A DNA stretch of 64,000 nt from a virus, in the IMG/VR virus record IMGVR_UViG_3300044858_003017. One strand, written 5' to 3'. The position numbers and the translations under genes were made by a program. Positions 39,196-49,536 of this stretch are shown here, piece by piece (within the stretch, counting starts at the first letter, position 1; every line of letters starts with the position of its first letter). A model generated the notes under the pieces. That model was given only the letters and a program-made list of their open reading frames with translations. It had not been told where the DNA came from and ran no database searches.

Positions 39196-39306
39196 TGTTT
39201 AATTCCTTTTCTTTAAGTGGTTAATAAATAAAAATATTAATTAAATTATAATTAATTAATGTGTTAATTCAAAGTAAATCGTTAAAATTCTTTATATAAA
39301 TAAATA

Positions 39307-39693
39307 TCAGTTCCAAGAAAATTTCTTGTAAAAAATCAAATCAATAACACGATATCCTTCATCATCTGTAAGTATGAATGCGTTTTGATATTTGCTCCAA
39401 TCTAATCGATATGTTTTGTCTAAAACACCGTTATTCACTGCTTTGATAACTTCATTAAGTGCGTTAACTGTATATAAGGTATTGGTTTCTTTTTTGCGAT
39501 GAATGCTTATCGTGTTCTGTCCGCGCTGCGTGCCGGCGTCTGCATTGTATGTGCAATATAAATTGTCTGTTGCTTCAGCATTGGAAAATACGAATATTCT
39601 GCGTTCTGGTATCGTGTAACTTTGTTGTATGTATTCGGTTACTATGTTTAAATCTGATTTATGTGCAAATGTGCAAAGTAATTGTGTTTTCAC
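39307..39693 (-). CDS. Hypothetical protein
   Basis: 128-aa ORF. Confidence 0.65.
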   Translation of the reverse strand: MKTQLLCTFAHKSDLNIVTEYIQQSYTIPERRIFVFSNAEATDNLYCTYNADAGTQRGQNTISIHRKKETNTLYTVNALNEVIKAVNNGVLDKTYRLDWSKYQNAFILTDDEGYRVIDLIFYKKFSWN

Positions 39694-39705
39694 TCGTCCT
39701 CATCC

Positions 39706-40962
39706 TTACGATTGTTGTTGTATAAATTCATATTTTGGATATACTGATTTTAAACCAAATACCCACATTCCTTGAGATAATCCTATAATACTCCAATCTG
39801 TTGCAACTGTTACAATTGGAACTCCTGGATTATTAACATCATATGCAATTAATCCTAATATTTCTTCAAAGAATTTATTTTTTGTAGTATTTAATAATTG
39901 GATCATAAAATTTGGATTTTTGATTAAATCATTATGTTTTAATTTATTAAACCAAATTGCTGCATTGTTTGTTTCATTACTAATTTGTTGTCCTATTTTA
40001 ATAGAAACTTCAGATTGGTCGCCAGATCCTTGTTGTATTTTTTCAAAATCTTCCGATGTTATCCAATATGATAATACTTGGTTTCCTGTTTTAATTGTTA
40101 ATCTAGTATCTCGTATATCAGTATCTAAATCAGATTTCCAAAGTATTTGGTGAATTAATTGAAATCCACTGTACATTTGTGACCATCCACTTTTATAACT
40201 TATTTCCGTGCTAGCTACATTATCCATTAACGGAACAAATATTTTTTCAAGTACTTGAATCAATTCATTTAATTGTCGCCAAGAATGTGGATCTACTAGA
40301 TCTTTTAATTCTTCAAATGAATCTCCCATTTCTGATAATGGTTTTACAATATCATTGAAAAAGTTTACGGTTTGTGTTAATAAGTCACCATCAACTGGCA
40401 TACCGGATTTTGCGGGACGAAATGTTTTTCCTTCTGGCGCCTTACCCATTTCTCCAGATTTGGTTGGTCTAGGCAATTTACCAATTTCTTTAACTTCCCA
40501 TTGGCCCACAGGCATAATGATATCATGAGATGCAGTACCACCTGGTTGCGAATCTTTTACTGCTAATAGTATTTGAATTTCACCTTTACCCATTCCTGCA
40601 GCAGATTTACCAATTGGTAAGATATCATAAAATTTAGTAAATGCCTTATAACCGCCGGCCATAAACGATTCAATCGTATGTTGACGATAGTTTTTATCAA
40701 ATTCTTGTTTTTCTTGTGGAGATAAATTTTCGTAACGATTTTGTATTTGTTGAGTTAAATCGTCTGATAAATTTAATTGCGAAAATTCTATTTGTTCTGT
40801 TATTATGCCCTGAGCTTTATCAACTACAATTCTAGCTTCCAATGGCGTTAAATCAGTCATTTCTAAAATAACATGATATAACAACTCATAATCTTTCGAT
40901 CTAGTTGGATAACCTTTTGGTAATCTATAACTCCATTCTGTAAGTATTGAATCGATTGTCAT
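39706..40962 (-). CDS. Protein with a PD-(D/E)xK-like motif and an ILxEW leader
   Basis: GKGEI..., HDII...WEVK; promoter variant ATATTTATG at 40985-40993. Confidence 0.55.
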   Translation of the reverse strand: MTIDSILTEWSYRLPKGYPTRSKDYELLYHVILEMTDLTPLEARIVVDKAQGIITEQIEFSQLNLSDDLTQQIQNRYENLSPQEKQEFDKNYRQHTIESFMAGGYKAFTKFYDILPIGKSAAGMGKGEIQILLAVKDSQPGGTASHDIIMPVGQWEVKEIGKLPRPTKSGEMGKAPEGKTFRPAKSGMPVDGDLLTQTVNFFNDIVKPLSEMGDSFEELKDLVDPHSWRQLNELIQVLEKIFVPLMDNVASTEISYKSGWSQMYSGFQLIHQILWKSDLDTDIRDTRLTIKTGNQVLSYWITSEDFEKIQQGSGDQSEVSIKIGQQISNETNNAAIWFNKLKHNDLIKNPNFMIQLLNTTKNKFFEEILGLIAYDVNNPGVPIVTVATDWSIIGLSQGMWVFGLKSVYPKYEFIQQQS

Positions 40963-42281
40963 AATGAGATAGTTTTCATTTTATCATAAATATCGCCGAC
41001 TTTACATTTTACCGGCAAATTTCCTTGTTCTAACATGTTTTTGAGCTGAGGCAAAAGATCCTTAGCTTCTGTATAATCTACATCAAATAAAATTGAGTCA
41101 TATGTATATAGAATTATACAACTATTATAATTTTGTAATAACGTTTGTACTTGCTGCAATTTTCTTACGGATACTTCGGTTTCAATGGCCTGCAAATAAT
41201 AATTAAACAATTTGAATGCGGTCATGTTTTGCACTGCATCTTTGCATATACTTCGTTTTGTTATTGGAGTTTGTATGCATCCATTCCGTTTCCATTTATC
41301 CCATAACGTGTATACAAAATCATTGACTCGTTTAAAAAATGGAATTGTCAAAAATTCAGCATCAATACCTCCATATAACAATCGAAATGTTATGGCTTTG
41401 CTTTCTGCACGTTGTTCTTCAGTTAATTCTGCGGTATCAAAATAAAATCGTCCCAAATAATCATGTATGGATGACTCTGGTAATTCATATCCAATAGCCG
41501 TAGCAATCAATCTAACGTGATATGAATCAAAGTCCATTTCAACTAATGCACCTCGTTCAAACCGACTACAAAATGCAGTTCTGGTGCCATCTTCTTTATT
41601 CATTGCCGCAAAATTGAATCCTCCAAATGCATTACTAGGTCGACCGGTCGTTGTATGATAATTGTATTGTGAATATACGCGGTCCACATGAATCAATTCT
41701 GGCATACGAAACTCTTCGGTAACTGCTAATCCTACGGATTCTATTTGCGCAAATACCTCCGGATATGTTGCATTGAATTGCAAATACGATTCTGTTAATT
41801 CTGCATTTACGCACATTGGCCATGCATAGTGACGAATCTTTTGACACATTGCCAAATGTTGCTGTAACGGAACAATGCTATTTACTGCCGGTAATGATTT
41901 ATGTCGACGCCAATAAAATTGATGTGCAGTGGTTGGATAATGCGATTCATCATATGCTTCTGAATATGTATACCACCACAACGTCTTAACATCCCATACG
42001 GCAGCATTTCCTCCCGTTTGTAGCCATTGCTTCTTGTCATGAACAAAGATATTCTCTAATGCCAAAAACTTCGGGACATGTTCAGTAAAGCCCCTTAGTT
42101 GTTCAGAATGCCGAAAAGGAATTATTCTTTCTAGATCATCTTCCGTATAAATGTATACAGCACATAACGTATTTGCTGCAACATGAATTGTAGGACTACA
42201 GAATATTGGCACTAACAACGTTTTGCGTCCTTGTATGTAACGCAATGTGCTTAGTACATCTTCTTCAGTATCCACAATCAT
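40959..42281 (-). CDS. Atypical compact family A DNA polymerase
   Basis: TTTGRPS; motif A DFDSYHVRL; motif B R...KAITFRLLYG; motif C YTYDS. Confidence 0.85.
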   Translation of the reverse strand: MIVDTEEDVLSTLRYIQGRKTLLVPIFCSPTIHVAANTLCAVYIYTEDDLERIIPFRHSEQLRGFTEHVPKFLALENIFVHDKKQWLQTGGNAAVWDVKTLWWYTYSEAYDESHYPTTAHQFYWRRHKSLPAVNSIVPLQQHLAMCQKIRHYAWPMCVNAELTESYLQFNATYPEVFAQIESVGLAVTEEFRMPELIHVDRVYSQYNYHTTTGRPSNAFGGFNFAAMNKEDGTRTAFCSRFERGALVEMDFDSYHVRLIATAIGYELPESSIHDYLGRFYFDTAELTEEQRAESKAITFRLLYGGIDAEFLTIPFFKRVNDFVYTLWDKWKRNGCIQTPITKRSICKDAVQNMTAFKLFNYYLQAIETEVSVRKLQQVQTLLQNYNSCIILYTYDSILFDVDYTEAKDLLPQLKNMLEQGNLPVKCKVGDIYDKMKTISL

Positions 42282-42303
42282 ATATGAATAATAAGAAAAA
42301 AAT

Positions 42304-42930
42304 TTAAGAATTCAAACCGTTGATGTCTACTGGTACAACATAATCAGTATCTACATATAATTCTGCAGGATTTGAAAATTTCGATGATATATTAGGTATA
42401 ACATTACTAGCATTTTGTATTTGCTGTAAATTTTTTGATATAACTCCCAATGTTTTAACATTGCCATCATTAATGTCAGTTAATGTTCCAGAAACAAACC
42501 ATTTAACTGCGACAAACCGATATAAAATTGCTTCAAATCCATCTGTTACCAATTGATTATACAATGTTTGATTGATTTCTATTATCCATGTTTCATTGAT
42601 TTTTTGCACAAAATATCGATTGATATAACCTATTTTTAAGTCTGCAGGCGTTACAATTGGAATATGAGATGCAATTCGTATATTGGATAATATTTTTATA
42701 TCAGGACGAAGCTGTGAATACGCAAATGCATCTTCTTCAATTGGTTGAAATGGAATCAATGGTTTTGATAGCACGGAATTATACGTTGACTGCGTATATA
42801 CTTCTCCGGTTAAATATTTGTGATATGCTCCTTTATATTCTTGTTTAGAATCAGTTAGCATCCATTCGTTACCAAAGGTATACAAATATTCTTCAACTTC
42901 ATCTGGCTGATAATATACTTTAAGTCGCAT
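42304..42930 (-). CDS. Hypothetical (baseplate-region) protein
   Basis: Coupled to the upstream baseplate gene. Confidence 0.6.
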   Translation of the reverse strand: MRLKVYYQPDEVEEYLYTFGNEWMLTDSKQEYKGAYHKYLTGEVYTQSTYNSVLSKPLIPFQPIEEDAFAYSQLRPDIKILSNIRIASHIPIVTPADLKIGYINRYFVQKINETWIIEINQTLYNQLVTDGFEAILYRFVAVKWFVSGTLTDINDGNVKTLGVISKNLQQIQNASNVIPNISSKFSNPAELYVDTDYVVPVDINGLNS

Positions 42931-45089
42931 TACTTATCCAATTTAGGTCGCATGATGCATTTAATTTCCGTCGTCCATTGTCCGTCTTGAGCTACATTAT
43001 GCGTAATACTTATAATACTAAATACCGTATTGGCAGTATATTTTTTTGGCAATACATCAAATGTTAATACATCGCCATAACGAAATCCATTAACGCCTTC
43101 AATGGTAAATGAAACATCCCATGGGAATATAGGTGCAATTGCTGCTTGTGCTCGATCAAACTTTTTATATGGATATTGAAGATATTTTACCATAGCTTCT
43201 TTTAATTTAGCTTGTAACGTTCTATCGGTAATACTTTTTCCGTATTCTGCTTTTTGCGTTTCAAATTCTTGTAAACGTTTTGTATGAGTTTGTGCATACA
43301 ATGCTTCTGCTGCAGATAATTTTGCCGGATCATTAAATTGATACATTGCATTCATATATGGTGCAATATCATCTTCTGATACTTTATCAGGAGCTTGATT
43401 TAAAACATATGACAATGTCGCAGCACTATCTGGCAACTTTGCTGACATTTTAAAATCTTGTACGATACTACCATATGATTCTTCTTCATTTACTTTTACT
43501 TTAGCATGCATCGGAACATGATATGGTTTAACCACTGATAATGATTCTGGTTGTCCTAAGTATTTTTCATCATAAAACAATAATACCGAATCGAGCCTTG
43601 GATGCGATATTAGTTTCATTTTTATAGCTCCAGCAGTAGCATCTTCAATACTTGTACTAATTTCTTTTAATAAATCAGATATTGGATAACTTTTACTTGA
43701 GTTTTTTTCTAAGTTTTCAATAATTGTTTTAATCATTGACAAGTTTAAAAATATGCGAGGTGGAAATGCTCGATCGCTGCTTAAAAATCCAGGCCAATTG
43801 CCAAAATTAGTAGATTCAAAAAATACTTTTGTTCCATATGCTTCAGTAGACCGTTTGCGACCATTTGACGGTAATAATAAAACATCCCATGGGTTTACGG
43901 ATACTATATTTGCATAATATGAGCTATTACAAATTTCACTATCACAAACAATTTCTGGTACTGCAACTGTGTTTTTTAATTTAGATACAACGTAACGATT
44001 AATAAATTTAATTAAACGATTCAATGTTATATATCGCTGATAAGTTTTTTGGTCATTTTTTGATTCAACTCCAGTAGTTGCAAAAGCATTACCAAATAAA
44101 ATCCAATCATCTTGTTCTCCAGTAAGTACCGTAACATCGGAAGTTAATCTAGATTTGCCTTTAGCTAATGTTTCTGCTTCGCTAAACAATAAATCATAAA
44201 ATGATTTGATTCCTGAACCTGTTGGAATTAAAACAGAATTTGCATACTCATCTGGATTAGTAATTGGATTAACAGTTGCCGTGCCATCTGAATTTTCTTT
44301 TACCGTGTCTGGATCAGTTAATGCAGTCACATCTGCTAAAACATTGCTCGTTCCGCGCATCGTTAAAGTTACCGTTGCAGAATAATCAGAATTATATGAT
44401 AAATCAAATGATGTAATTAAACCTTCAAATGAAACTCGATTCATTTTGCTAATTTCTTGTAATTTTGCGGCAATGTCAATTTTAGTTCCATACAATGATT
44501 TTAATTTTTCTTCGGTAGGTAAAACATTTTCTGATAATGTAAGGCCTGTAATTACAGAATTAAGTGGATATTCAATATCAACTTTTACTTTGCGACCAGG
44601 TCGCATATATATCTCTTCAATTAAATCAATATCTCTACTAACATTTGGTACTTCTATAGTTACAGTAGCCGTATTTAATAATCCCATACTATGATCGCCT
44701 ACTGAAATATCTGCTGCTGATATATATGGTGGCCATCGATTATTATTACTAACTGCAGTCGTATCTCGTAATACTGGTGCAGGTACTTTACCAGTACCGC
44801 CTTCAAGAACCCAAGCTAATTCAGTTTTACTAATATTAAATGGCGATAAATAACCATATGGTCCAGTTGGCAAAAATTGATCATTTGTTGTATTTTCGCC
44901 AATAGAATGTTTTAAATCTGCTGCATATACATCTTTGCTATTAAATTCATATGCCGTTATTCGCACATTTGCAACTTTTGATAGCATATAATTTAAATCA
45001 GCCGTTGTTCGGCGGTGTCCGGCTAAGGCACGCGCGTTTAATTCTTGTTGCAAATTTGAATCTACCTGTGAATAAAATATTTCGCTCAT
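42930..45089 (-). CDS. Baseplate hub-like protein
   Basis: Position after the TMP/LysM genes; C-terminal TIEG..GFRYGD...ITHNV..GQWTT hub-like pattern. Confidence 0.55.
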   Translation of the reverse strand: MSEIFYSQVDSNLQQELNARALAGHRRTTADLNYMLSKVANVRITAYEFNSKDVYAADLKHSIGENTTNDQFLPTGPYGYLSPFNISKTELAWVLEGGTGKVPAPVLRDTTAVSNNNRWPPYISAADISVGDHSMGLLNTATVTIEVPNVSRDIDLIEEIYMRPGRKVKVDIEYPLNSVITGLTLSENVLPTEEKLKSLYGTKIDIAAKLQEISKMNRVSFEGLITSFDLSYNSDYSATVTLTMRGTSNVLADVTALTDPDTVKENSDGTATVNPITNPDEYANSVLIPTGSGIKSFYDLLFSEAETLAKGKSRLTSDVTVLTGEQDDWILFGNAFATTGVESKNDQKTYQRYITLNRLIKFINRYVVSKLKNTVAVPEIVCDSEICNSSYYANIVSVNPWDVLLLPSNGRKRSTEAYGTKVFFESTNFGNWPGFLSSDRAFPPRIFLNLSMIKTIIENLEKNSSKSYPISDLLKEISTSIEDATAGAIKMKLISHPRLDSVLLFYDEKYLGQPESLSVVKPYHVPMHAKVKVNEEESYGSIVQDFKMSAKLPDSAATLSYVLNQAPDKVSEDDIAPYMNAMYQFNDPAKLSAAEALYAQTHTKRLQEFETQKAEYGKSITDRTLQAKLKEAMVKYLQYPYKKFDRAQAAIAPIFPWDVSFTIEGVNGFRYGDVLTFDVLPKKYTANTVFSIISITHNVAQDGQWTTEIKCIMRPKLDK

Positions 45090-45388
45090 CGTATATTATT
45101 TATTTGTATAGCTAATTCTTGAATGTTATCTGCAGATGGAATTCGCAATTTAGTATTTTCTGGAACCATTAATGAACCTTTACCTAAACCATTTACTGCA
45201 GCAATAAGCCACCACAGCTGCGGATCCGCATAAAAGTCATTAGCAATATTATCTAATCGATCTGATGTAGTTGTTTGAATGAATGTATCATTGTTATTAG
45301 TTTCGGGAACTGCATAAATCCATGTTTGTGCTCTACGTATGTTGCGCACATCTCGTATTTGTTTGGTTGATTGATATCTACTACTCAT
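45086..45388 (-). CDS. LysM-like baseplate protein (gp53/tail X-like)
   Basis: DRLDNIA..FY.DP.LWW.IA..N...LRIP. Confidence 0.8.
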   Translation of the reverse strand: MSSRYQSTKQIRDVRNIRRAQTWIYAVPETNNNDTFIQTTTSDRLDNIANDFYADPQLWWLIAAVNGLGKGSLMVPENTKLRIPSADNIQELAIQINNIR

Positions 45389-47280
45389 TATAATTCCTGT
45401 TGTTGATTTGTTGCTCCTGGCGCTGCGTTACCTGTTCTTATGGGACCTTTTTTTCGGAAATCATTTAACCAACCACCCTTAGATGTTGAAGAAGCTGCAC
45501 CATTAATGTCAATATCATTTGTTGGCGCAAAGGTATAAAATGCGCCACCTTTTTGCGGCAAGTAATCAGTAATCATAGTCAATCCCATGCTAACATCAAT
45601 TTTATGTGTTACTTGCTTCATTTCCGGATCTTCTTCTATGTTAATTTCCCATGTTGTATCACTATCAACAAATGTATATGATAAACTTTCAATAACAGCT
45701 GGCTGCGAAATAAAATAATCTCCAATAGTTACTCGGATCCATGGCCCTTTTAATGCAAATGAATCTGTGGTATATTCGGGGGCAGTATATCCAGCAAGTC
45801 CATTTAATTTTCGATAAATATACTTTAATTCATCACGATCTGTTGCATATACTGTAAATCCAAGATCAACTGTACGAGAATAACCGCCGTAATGATAATT
45901 TGAATCTGCTCTACCTAATATATTTACTGGACTCCAACTTGGAGAAAATTGATCGCTTAAACTTGATAAAATTGCTCGAAATACAATTACATCATCTGGA
46001 CTATTTTGAGCGCCAGCATGTAATGATGGTCCTGTAAAAAAGAATTTTACAAAATCTTTAGTAGTTCCATACGGATTAACTCCTAAAATATCTGCAGTTT
46101 TGGCTGCAAAATTACCAAAATCTCCTGCAGTTTCTCCCGGTAACCATCTATAAATATCTTTCCATGTACGTTGTCCAAAATCAATTACTGTTACTCGGTC
46201 TCCACGAAACGGTGTAATTTTTTCAATAACATTTTTTGTTTGTGTAAGTACGCGACCAAGTTTTGCTTTACCAGTACCTAATGTTGTTAGTTTGGCTTGT
46301 GCTCGTAATTCTTTAAAGTCCCAAGTAGATGCAACATTTGAACGCATAGTAAAATCATTTCGCATTGCTGTAGGCGAATCGTGAGACCCCCATCCATAAG
46401 TTGCATCTAAATTAAATACATTATATGGTCCTATAGTAGCTGCAAGTGCTGCATATGCACCAGCAGTTGCTGTTTCAGATCGTGTTTGTGCAGAAAAACC
46501 ATCGATACGCCTGTCTAAAAGGGCTGCAGTTGTCTCACCAAACGATTTTCCTGTCAATGAAAATTTTCTAGTTCGAAAGTCAGGATATGGTACTGCAATG
46601 CCTTGTCCTCCGATTCCTATTTTATTATTTAATAAATTAAATGGAGCAGTGGCATATGTAGCATCAACAAGACCGGCTTGATTTAACAATGCATTGCTAA
46701 TTGGAGAAACTGCAGAAATTCCACTTACGCCAATTGCAGCATTTACGCCCGATCTAATTCCCGTACCAAATCCAATTTGTTTGTTTGTGTTTTGCGTTCC
46801 CGCCATTGTTTTTGAATTAACATTTGCATTTATTTCTGGAGCTTGTTGTGTACTATTTAATGGAATTAAATACCCATCGGTACCAGCAGGAGTGTATGCA
46901 TATGCTTCATATTCGGGTATTCGTGTAGGATCGGCAGAAAATTTTTGACCATATGTGCTAAATTGTGATACAATGTCGTCACTATATCCTGTTAATTTTC
47001 CTGCAGTATCATATACCGGGGCTGATTTTGATCTTCTAGTTGCATTTAACGTTGGATTTTTTCCAGTTATTAACGTTTCTTGCTCAGTGGCAATATCAAA
47101 ACTAGAATATCCATTTCCCCAAGAGTATGATGGCGTAAATTGTGCATTTGAAGTTAATGTTGGGTTTTTTCCGGCAATTAATGTTTCTTGTTCTGTAGCA
47201 ATATCAAAACTAGAAAAGCCGCCTCCCCATGCGTATGAAGGAGTAAATTGTGATTCATTACCAATGGTTGGATTAGGCAT
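45388..47280 (-). CDS. Baseplate / tube-initiator-like protein
   Basis: C-terminal FRA.L....D.FSP.W....GR...Y.GY.R domain; follows the TMP. Confidence 0.6.
   Translation of the reverse strand: MPNPTIGNESQFTPSYAWGGGFSSFDIATEQETLIAGKNPTLTSNAQFTPSYSWGNGYSSFDIATEQETLITGKNPTLNATRRSKSAPVYDTAGKLTGYSDDIVSQFSTYGQKFSADPTRIPEYEAYAYTPAGTDGYLIPLNSTQQAPEINANVNSKTMAGTQNTNKQIGFGTGIRSGVNAAIGVSGISAVSPISNALLNQAGLVDATYATAPFNLLNNKIGIGGQGIAVPYPDFRTRKFSLTGKSFGETTAALLDRRIDGFSAQTRSETATAGAYAALAATIGPYNVFNLDATYGWGSHDSPTAMRNDFTMRSNVASTWDFKELRAQAKLTTLGTGKAKLGRVLTQTKNVIEKITPFRGDRVTVIDFGQRTWKDIYRWLPGETAGDFGNFAAKTADILGVNPYGTTKDFVKFFFTGPSLHAGAQNSPDDVIVFRAILSSLSDQFSPSWSPVNILGRADSNYHYGGYSRTVDLGFTVYATDRDELKYIYRKLNGLAGYTAPEYTTDSFALKGPWIRVTIGDYFISQPAVIESLSYTFVDSDTTWEINIEEDPEMKQVTHKIDVSMGLTMITDYLPQKGGAFYTFAPTNDIDINGAASSTSKGGWLNDFRKKGPIRTGNAAPGATNQQQEL
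47041..47250 (-). repeat. Tandem intragenic repeat, 2 x about 36 aa (QFTPSYxWGxGxSSFDIATEQETLIxGKNPTL)
   Basis: Visible in the translation. Confidence 0.85.
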
Positions 47281-49255
47281 ATCGTCCTTTGTTCATTGAA
47301 TTACCAGAAAATGTTCTGTCGACATCAACTTTTATGTTAGCAGATTCTACTGCTTGTTTCATTTGAGCAGCCATATTAGATATTAAACGAGTCATAGTTT
47401 GTTCAAACCGAGAATCTCGTTTTTCCATCTGTGCAGCAAAACGATCAATGCCTCCAACATTGGTACCAGCTACGGTCATACCATCATTGACTTTAGTAAA
47501 TTTATCACGCGGATTAAATGTAACAAATCCATCATTTACCATAACTGCATCATTAGCACCGCCGCCGCCGGTTACGGTTACTGCACTTGAATTAACCGTC
47601 ATATTTTCAATTGGAGTGCCAGTAAATTTATCTGCAAATGATTTAATTGCATCAGCCGCAGCCGTAAATTTACCTCCGATGATTGGTATAGCTCCACCTA
47701 ACGTAGTTAATTCTGCAGCAACGCTGGTAACCGATTTATTAAGTATTGCAGCGGACCCAACTACGTTATCTACTTGATTTTGAAAATTAAAAAATGTATC
47801 TGCACCTGATTTTAATCCTTCTTTTGTTGCACCAATTGCAACTTTATAATCACTTAATGCAGTTTTAATACCGGCTATTGAATCAGTATACATTGATTTA
47901 AATGCACCTTTATCATATCCAGAAATGTTCATTTCTGCATCTTTAGTTGCAAATCTTGCAAGAATGCCTTTGGTTTCAATGTTACGAAGTGATTCGGCCA
48001 TTTTATCTTGTGTGGTACGAGTATCATCTGCTTCCATGATTTCTGCCATATCATCTCGACTAGCACCCAGATCTTGTAATTCTTTTTCTAAAGCTTCTCC
48101 AGTTAAATCGAATAATTTTTCAGCCCCCATCGATTTTAACAATTTGCGTTTTTGCACCATTTTTGCCATGGTACCTTCTTCAACGCCTAACGTTGTAGCC
48201 AATTGTTTACGTGCTAACATGTTATTTTCTAAAACATCACCTTGTGAATCCATGATTTGTTTCATGATGTCGGCTTGTTTATTCATGTCGCCTTGAATAG
48301 TAGCTTGTCTATATAAATTAGTTAAACTTTCACCTTGATTGTTGACTAAACGCTTTCCTGATAATAATTGATATTCTAATTCATTTCCTACACTTGATTC
48401 GATATTTAATAACTCATCGCCCGTTTTAGCCATTTGTTCCATGGATAAACCTAATGCTTTGGATTTCATTACTGCTAATCCTAAAGTTTTTGGCATTCTG
48501 CTATATTGCAATGAAGTTTCAGAACCAGCAGCTGCAATTTCTGCATCAATTGTACGTTGAACTCCTTTAAGTCCGGTTATTTGTTCGATAGCTTTAGCTT
48601 CATTTGCACGTAAAACTAATTGTTTTTCTAATTGTTCTGCAGTAACTTTACCAGTACTGGCAACGTCTCGGGATGCAATTCCGGCGTTCATATCCATGAT
48701 TGCTTCTGCAGCTTCTTCTGATACCCCAACAATATCCGTTAAATAACGTTGTTGTTTAATTAGTGATTGATTAAATTGGTTACCGCCTTTATCAGATACA
48801 ATAAATCCGTTAGTTAAATTTCCTAGTTGTTTAATATATTTTTCTGTTTCTTCGCGACCGAAATTCAAATCGATTGATAATGTATCAATTGCAAATCCCA
48901 TATCTTGGGCAGCATCTTCAGTAATTCCATAAGATTTAATTAATTCATTATTTCTCGCAAAAACTTTAGTAATTTGTTCTACATTATCTAAAAATCCTTT
49001 ATTTAAACCTTGTAACGTTCCAGTTAATTTATTAATACCGGTTGCTAAATTAGCAGAATCCGTTTGCATTGATAACATTGCTTGGGACTGCAGTTTAAAT
49101 ATATCAGTTATACTACCAACTTGAGATTCTAAATTTGAATATGCGCTAGATAAATCAGTTGTAAGTTGACCTGCAGCTTCGCTTATTTTTTTAGGCATAC
49201 CTAAACGAGGCTGTTGTTTAAGACGTTTAATTGTATGTAAGTAAGAGTTATGCAT
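47273..49255 (-). CDS. Tape measure protein
   Basis: Helical A/Q/L-rich 660 aa downstream of the tube and chaperone genes. Confidence 0.75.
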   Translation of the reverse strand: MHNSYLHTIKRLKQQPRLGMPKKISEAAGQLTTDLSSAYSNLESQVGSITDIFKLQSQAMLSMQTDSANLATGINKLTGTLQGLNKGFLDNVEQITKVFARNNELIKSYGITEDAAQDMGFAIDTLSIDLNFGREETEKYIKQLGNLTNGFIVSDKGGNQFNQSLIKQQRYLTDIVGVSEEAAEAIMDMNAGIASRDVASTGKVTAEQLEKQLVLRANEAKAIEQITGLKGVQRTIDAEIAAAGSETSLQYSRMPKTLGLAVMKSKALGLSMEQMAKTGDELLNIESSVGNELEYQLLSGKRLVNNQGESLTNLYRQATIQGDMNKQADIMKQIMDSQGDVLENNMLARKQLATTLGVEEGTMAKMVQKRKLLKSMGAEKLFDLTGEALEKELQDLGASRDDMAEIMEADDTRTTQDKMAESLRNIETKGILARFATKDAEMNISGYDKGAFKSMYTDSIAGIKTALSDYKVAIGATKEGLKSGADTFFNFQNQVDNVVGSAAILNKSVTSVAAELTTLGGAIPIIGGKFTAAADAIKSFADKFTGTPIENMTVNSSAVTVTGGGGANDAVMVNDGFVTFNPRDKFTKVNDGMTVAGTNVGGIDRFAAQMEKRDSRFEQTMTRLISNMAAQMKQAVESANIKVDVDRTFSGNSMNKGRYA

Positions 49256-49275
49256 ATATCAATAAATATCGTTAA

Positions 49276-49536
49276 TTACTTTTTTGAAGTCACAGGCCCG
49301 CGAGATACGTTACTTGTCGGTTTCGGATCTGGTTGCAATTTTTCATTGACTTTATTGATCCAAAATTTTCTTAAAAATATTGGCATTGTATAAACAGTAT
49401 TCCAATCCCATCGGCCTTCGCCTGCCCAAATTAAATCAAACAATATGTTATGTAATGCTTTTCGATCGGATGCATTAAAACCAAAAAAAGTTTGATCCAA
49501 TTTGAAATTTAGATTTGAAGGTGCCTCCCTGTTCAC
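49276..49536 (-). CDS. Tail assembly chaperone C-terminal part (probably made by frameshift)
   Basis: Overlaps the upstream ORF at a T7 run; W..VY.MP..LR motif; only a GTG start. Confidence 0.6.
   Translation of the reverse strand: MNREAPSNLNFKLDQTFFGFNASDRKALHNILFDLIWAGEGRWDWNTVYTMPIFLRKFWINKVNEKLQPDPKPTSNVSRGPVTSKK

Noticed and set aside
39196-39306. AT-rich quasi-palindrome upstream of gp32 as an origin or operator
   Set aside because: Low complexity in an AT-rich genome; cannot be told from chance without conservation data.
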